Assembly (NCBI GenBank): GCA_951406725.2
Contig: OX597834.1
Coordinates: forward strand, 14,384,001 to 14,448,000
Origin: Octopus vulgaris
Lineage: Eukaryota
Direction of reading: 5' to 3'
Length of the DNA: 64,000 nucleotides
A program made the position numbers and the translations under genes. Under the pieces are notes generated by a model. That model worked only from the letters and a program-made list of their open reading frames with translations, was not told the origin of the DNA and searched no databases. Shown piece by piece: positions 57,995-64,000 of this stretch. Numbering within the stretch: the first letter of the stretch is position 1; the number at the start of each line of letters is the position of its first letter.

Positions 57995-58447
57995 TAAGAT
58001 TAATTGGGGAACAGCGAAAACTATAGGATCAGGTTAGAAAAAGCCCTTGTCACCCAAGAATGGTTTTCAGGCAATGTTTACGATTATGTAACACCCAATA
58101 TGTGGCCTTTAAACTCGCCAGATTTGAATCCCATGGACTACTACATGTGGAACGTTGTTGAAAGGAAGACTAATATCATCCTCATAATATCATAGCTTTA
58201 CTGAAGGCTGTCATTGTCCAGGTGATGTCTGAAATGAATAAGGACCGTCAGCATGACAGCGATATCGGTCCCACATTAAAGCTTTCATCGAAGCCGAAGG
58301 CGGTTTCATAGAATAATTTGTTTAAATATCATTATCAAGACTAATTGCGCAACAAATGTTTATTTAAATATATATTTATTCATGCTGAAATATAGTTGAT
58401 TCATTGCCTACACAAAAACTGTCGTCAATTACTCCTCACACCCTGTA
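57995..58447 (+). pseudogene. maT-like transposase C-terminus with right TIR
   Basis: TQEWFSGNVYDYVTPNMWPLNSPDLNPMDYYMWNVVERKTN...IEAEGGFIE*, ending CACACCCTG|TA. Confidence 0.9.
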
Positions 58448-58469
58448 TATTTATATATATATATATATG

Positions 58470-58640
58470 CTTGCCATCAATATGTAGGACAAGATACTGC
58501 AATAGCCTGGTCTTCAGAGGTCCACAGCTCTTCAATATCCTCCCGAAGGACCTGATAGACCTGCATGGGGTGGATGTAGGTCTCTTCAAAATAAAGCTGG
58601 ACCTCTTCCTGTCAGGTGTCCCAGATGAACCAACTTCACA

Positions 58641-58642
<2 letters not shown>
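58470..58642 (+). pseudogene. CR1/L2-group LINE ORF2 C-terminal fragment in (TA)n
   Basis: NSLVFRGPQLFNILPKDL..LHGVDVGLFKIKLDLFLSGVPDEP. Confidence 0.8.
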
Positions 58643-58679
<37 letters not shown>

Positions 58680-59788
58680 GACATATACAGACACAAAGAG
58701 AGAGAAAAAAGGTGCGATGTATGTTTATGTATATGTTTGTATGTATGTATGAATGTACGTATATATGTGTACAGACCTTATTGTTAGCTTCAGGTAAACT
58801 GTTATTCTATATTTTCGACGGAAATGCAAAATTAATAAGTTGCAGCAAGTAAGTCGGACTTAACTATTTGGCGAGCAGTTTAGTAGCACGTTATTATTAT
58901 TATTATTAAGGAATAAATGATATTTTAGCCTAATGTCGAGAATCAATATATGTATATTTAATTCAGTCAAACAATCCGACATTGGTATTACTTCAATCAT
59001 TATGCTCACGTCGACCTTCCATTATGTATTTAACACCAGCTGCATTCAAACTTCTGCGCTGATTCGTCACGATCAGTGGTTTGCCTATTAAAACATAATA
59101 GTTTTAACTTCCATATATTATTCATAAATTTTCAATTAACTTGGAGGGATTTTTTCTGTAAATTAATGCAATTTGCTTGGGATGAGACATTGTAGCAATG
59201 AAATTCCGTAGTAATATTTAAGAAATTAATCATGATTTTTTTTTCATGTAATATGATGTCACTCGTCATGAACGTTTGATCTTCACAAATGTTTTGCTCA
59301 TTCATTCTCATATTTTGCTGAAAATACATTATATTCTGTTCCTGTTAGTGGCATATTGACTAGAAGTATGGGATTTAATGGCCACAAGCTATGACTCAAA
59401 GTGTATAAGCTGAATGTGTATTTTAAACTCATATGTTTTAATGAATTTGCCCCCTGTCACGTCTACTTTGTCCATTCGTACTAACACTACCGAAAAACAA
59501 CACATACAGCCAAAGAGAAAAACGTCGTTAACGTAGCAGACGTAAATATAAATGGGAAAAATAATAGGACTTCCAAAGCATCCAGAATACAAATAATAAA
59601 CATAGGAAATATTGGTTTTTAGTTTCCAAAATTAACTGACGAATTCCTTCATCTACATTCGTCCAAACTTGCGCTAACTTTATAAGGATTTACTGTTCTC
59701 GCTTATCTCACACTTTTAAATGAAGTAAATAACATAATTTCTAACATTTTGTTGTTAAATTTTTCTTCTTCAACATTAAATCATTTCA

Positions 59789-59995
59789 ATGGCAGAATCG
59801 TTAGCATACCGGACGAAATACTTGGCGGAAATTCTTCCGGCTCACTTTCTGAGTTCAAGTTCCGCCGGTTTCGACTTTAACATTCATTTCTTCCGGGTCG
59901 ATGAAATATGCACCAGTTGAGCACTGCTGTTGATGAAACGTCTTTCCACTCGCCCCCACAAAACGCCAGGCTTTGTTCCTTAAATAGAAAAGGAT
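59789..59995 (+). mobile_element. SINE family M, diverged
   Basis: TGGCAGAATCGTTAGCA A box and GAGTTCAAGTTCCGCC B box. Confidence 0.8.
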
Positions 59996-60835
59996 TATTT
60001 CTTCTTCAGCTATGAATTTGTACATTTTCTAACATTCCGAGTTGTTATGTTTAACGAATATAGTGACCACCAACATTAATTGATTCAATTATACGCGTAC
60101 AGATTTAGGAGCAAATTATCTGATGTCAATATCATTCCCTGTACTACCTTTCGAAAACAATTTATCCTGTCACAGTTCTAAATAAAGACTTTCAACAAAT
60201 TCTTCCAACCCCTAAATTTTATAACCAATTTCTTCTCAAACACATCACTATATTTTAAAGACGTCGAGACACCTTTAGTATCGTCTGAAATATACTGTAT
60301 AGAAACCGACTACGCTAATAGCTATGATGAGTTTGATCTCACTTTGAATCATTCTTTACAGACGATATCTGAATAAGACTACAAAAAAAATGGCGTATAA
60401 TTTCCTTTCTTGAATGAATGTTATGCATAATATTCTGTCCTCCATTTTCCTTGGAAACTAATTCCTAGAATCAAAAGTACATTTGTCTAAAGCATTCTGA
60501 GAAAATAGATATCATAATTAAAATCAGTTTCAATGAAATTGCGATATTTTAATTGCAACTAGATTGATATAATTATATTATTAAATATAAATACAATTAC
60601 ATCTGACTATTAAAATTTTTCCTTAATTAAAATTAACTGTATAATATAATTAATTCTAACGAAGAGTCTAGAGAAAACAGATTTTATTAGAGACAAAATT
60701 GAAAAATACATACGAGGTGTTACGCATGCACAACACACACAAACACACACACACACACACACGCACGCACAACAAACATACCCTCGCACACATGTATAGG
60801 CATCGATATGTGTATAAATATATACGTATATATAA

Positions 60836-60880
<45 letters not shown>

Positions 60881-60950
60881 GTATGTATATATATATATAC
60901 ATTTATATACATATATATGCATATATAAATATATATATATATATATATAC

Positions 60951-61016
<66 letters not shown>

Positions 61017-61583
61017 TCTTTCATTCCACTCTTTGGTCTTTCGTTCCCCCTCTCTCACATTTCCTGGCCTTCTCTTCATACTCATTTCCCTCTTTCACTT
61101 CACAGTGTCTCTCATTTTTCTCTCGCACCTCCTTAAGATTTCTATGCCTCTGCCTCTACCACTCTCTCACCACGTGACCAGTATTCGGCCAAGCCTGACC
61201 ATTCTTTATTGGTTGGACTACTGCACCAGCTTAATTAAATTCGGCCTTAATCGAAAGACACCTATTGTTATGTCTTGTTATTTGTATTTGTGTAATAATC
61301 TTCTGGGGCTTTTCAGTCCTTGTTCTCGTGTTCATTTGCTGCTTTCGTCCAAGGAATATAATGTTCTTAGTTTTTTTTCTTGGGGCTGGCCAGATTGGAG
61401 CAATCACTTGAGTAACCAACCGAAAGTGAAAAGATAATCTGGAACTCGACTGGGGATAGAAAACCCCTAGTGATCCGTCCATGTTTTCCCTGTATCATAT
61501 GTCTGCATATATTTCATTGCCCCTTTTTTATTTCACCTAATTGTCTGGATGTTTTGCGTTCTTGTCATATTTTTATATACATG

Positions 61584-61675
<92 letters not shown>

Positions 61676-62169
61676 ATAGATTTTGGAATATCATGCATGT
61701 ATTTGAACTAGTCATATTCTTCAGCGTTTTGTATAGCTATAGTAGCAAAATATTTCCTGTTTTCTAATGCCATGTTTCATGCTTTCCAATTTCATGATGT
61801 CTAAATATCCTTTTATGGGCAATGCGATGTATTTTGATATTCGTCTTGAGAATATACATCTAAATTTTAAAGACGAGATCGTACATGCTATTCACATTTG
61901 TGCAGCCTGGTTTCTCTATGAGTCACCCAACCGAATTTTGTTACTTCGTAATATATGTACCACGTCATGTGATATTACCGCATTGCTCTATCAACCCACC
62001 TGATGCTCAAATCTCCTTATACCGCACAGGTTTCAATGTACAGGCTCAGTCATTTATAGCCCTTTAGAAGTGACAGTGTTCGTGCATTGCTAGGGTGTGG
62101 AAGACAGGAATGTCTTTAATTTTAAAGCTAAATTTGCAAGTATATGGGATTGCGAATAAGCTGATGCCC

Positions 62170-62716
62170 ACAATTGGTGTTGTAACCACAACTTCACGAT
62201 ATATTTGTCATGCTTTGTTTATGAGGGTTTTTCACTTTATTAAGTAACCATTTTGAATGGACGACACGGTTTTAATCTTTCTTTACACACACATATTGGC
62301 CTTTCTTCTTACATAGGACTTGTATCGAATGTCACAATGTACCACAGTTCTGAGAGTCCGCTCTGACACCCGATGTTCTTTGGCAACGGACCTCATTGAT
62401 CTTCTGGGATTTTCATCGATAATTCCTACACGATATATTTTGCAGAACTTCACCCGTGCCATACAATTTAAAAATTTGGTTTGATGTTAATATTAGATTA
62501 GTGGCGTGCAGTTTAATTATGCGCCATCGAAACATTCCAACATGCTCTTCTCGTGGCCTTATGTGACCACTGAATTAAACTCAACCGGATTTGTTCTTTC
62601 TTTTGGACCTGAGATATACGGTCAGCTGGGGCATAGTTGAATGTTATTTATGTTGACATCACCACTAAGCACTGTATGAGGTTATAAATACTGCCGGCGA
62701 AGTATTAACCCCTGTA
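62170..62716 (-). pseudogene. maT-like transposase N-terminal (HTH) remnant
   Basis: Minus frame at about 62427-62290: GIIDENPRRSMRSVAKEHRVSERTLRTVVHCDIRYKSYVRRK. Possible TIR end CCCCTG|TA near 62716. Confidence 0.75.
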
Positions 62717-63368
62717 TCATATAAACGATTTGTGTAGGATATGATTCGTCATGTTTCTGGTGATGTAGTCACTGCGACGAGGAATAGATATTTTGCAGTC
62801 TTATCTCGTTGCCTGTCGGTATATGTGCTGTGTGTAGTTGCTTTCCAATCGTCACCAAATAACAAGTGCTATTGATTCTCGGCTACGGTTCAGGGTAAGA
62901 ACTCCAGACACGAAGCATATCATACTTATTTACGAATCTTGATACTCTAACTGAAACATTCGGTAGCTCATATTTGCTTTTCATGATTTGGGGTAGTTAA
63001 AATAAATATTTATCAGCTACTTGACTCTGTCTACAGACCAAAGTCTGCAGCAAATATTTATTAGCGTTGTACACGTTTGGAAATCAATAATTTGAAAGTG
63101 TTGATGTTTAGCGTAGTCAGAAAAGAATGGTAATGATGTTTAAGCCATTCAGCTTTATCACCTGGTTCAAATGATGCTGTTTTGAAATTCTCTCTGCGTA
63201 CTCTACGGACGTTAATATAAATACAACTCGAGTGTCTTAGGATTACTTTTAAAATTAAGACAGTAATAAGACGCTGCATCAATAATATTACCATTTGAGC
63301 TGCGGACACCTTGTGGTATTTCATTAGAAGATTTAAACCTCGTTTAACATTTATGGCTTCTAGGTCAA

Positions 63369-63781
63369 TACTCTTTACTCTTTTACTCTTTTACTTGTTT
63401 CAGACATTTGGAGCACCGCCTTTAATCGAGCAACTCGACCCCGGGACTTATTCTTTTTTAAACGCCCAGTACTTATTATATCGGTGTCTTTTGCCGAACC
63501 GCTAAGTAGCGGGGACATAAACACACCAGCATCGGTTGTCAAGCAATGCTAGGGGTACAAACACAGACACACAAACACACTCACGCATATATACATATAT
63601 ATATATACATATATACGACGGGCTTCTTTTCAGTTTCCGTCTACCAAATCCACTCACAAGGCTTTGGTCGGCCCGAGGCTATAGTAGAAGACACTTGCCC
63701 AAGGTGCCACGCAGTGGGACTGAACCCGGAACCATGTCGTTGGTAAACAAGCTACTTACCACACAGCCACTCCTGCGCCTA
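63369..63781 (-). mobile_element. SINE family C, full length
   Basis: Tail through head, as in other copies. Confidence 0.95.
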
Positions 63782-63944
63782 ATACTATAGATCACTTATG
63801 AAAAACTAGCAACAATATCAAGGGGAACATGTGTCTGGCAATCATAGATATCAATATTGGTTTCAAACATTAGAACCAGACGAGCAATTGCATGGGGAGG
63901 TTAAGTCCATTAGATCGACATCAGTATTCAACTGGTATATATAT

Positions 63945-64000
63945 TTGAGCTGGCAGATACGTTAGCACGCCGGGCGAAATGCGTAGCCGTATTTCGTCTG
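63945..64000 (+). mobile_element. SINE family M head, cut by the window edge
   Basis: GAGCTGGCAGATACGTTAGCACGCCGGGCGAAATGC. Confidence 0.8.

Overview
AT-rich, microsatellite-saturated eukaryotic DNA. The SINE families look like those of octopus (coleoid cephalopod), which is an inference from recognising the sequences. No intact protein-coding gene can be supported, and nearly every ORF in the track is translated (TA)n/(AAT)n/(TAG)n/(GATA)n or SINE sequence. The window holds four tRNA-derived SINE families (dozens of copies, some tandem), decayed mariner and maT-like DNA transposons and MITEs, and fragments of R4/Dong, RTE and CR1-like LINEs. The most notable signal is four unrelated families of short, microsatellite-embedded elements with type I hammerhead ribozyme (HHR) folds. 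These are an apparently intact minimal HHR (22237-22288, minus), a perfect 120-bp palindrome made of two back-to-back HHRs (46715-46834), three HHR-like motifs with a shared CUGUnGA core variant (one contiguous with a Penelope GIY-YIG C-terminus), and three HHR-bearing modules, one lying beside a tRNA-derived head. Ribozyme activity is untested. Three weak candidate exons are reported at low confidence.
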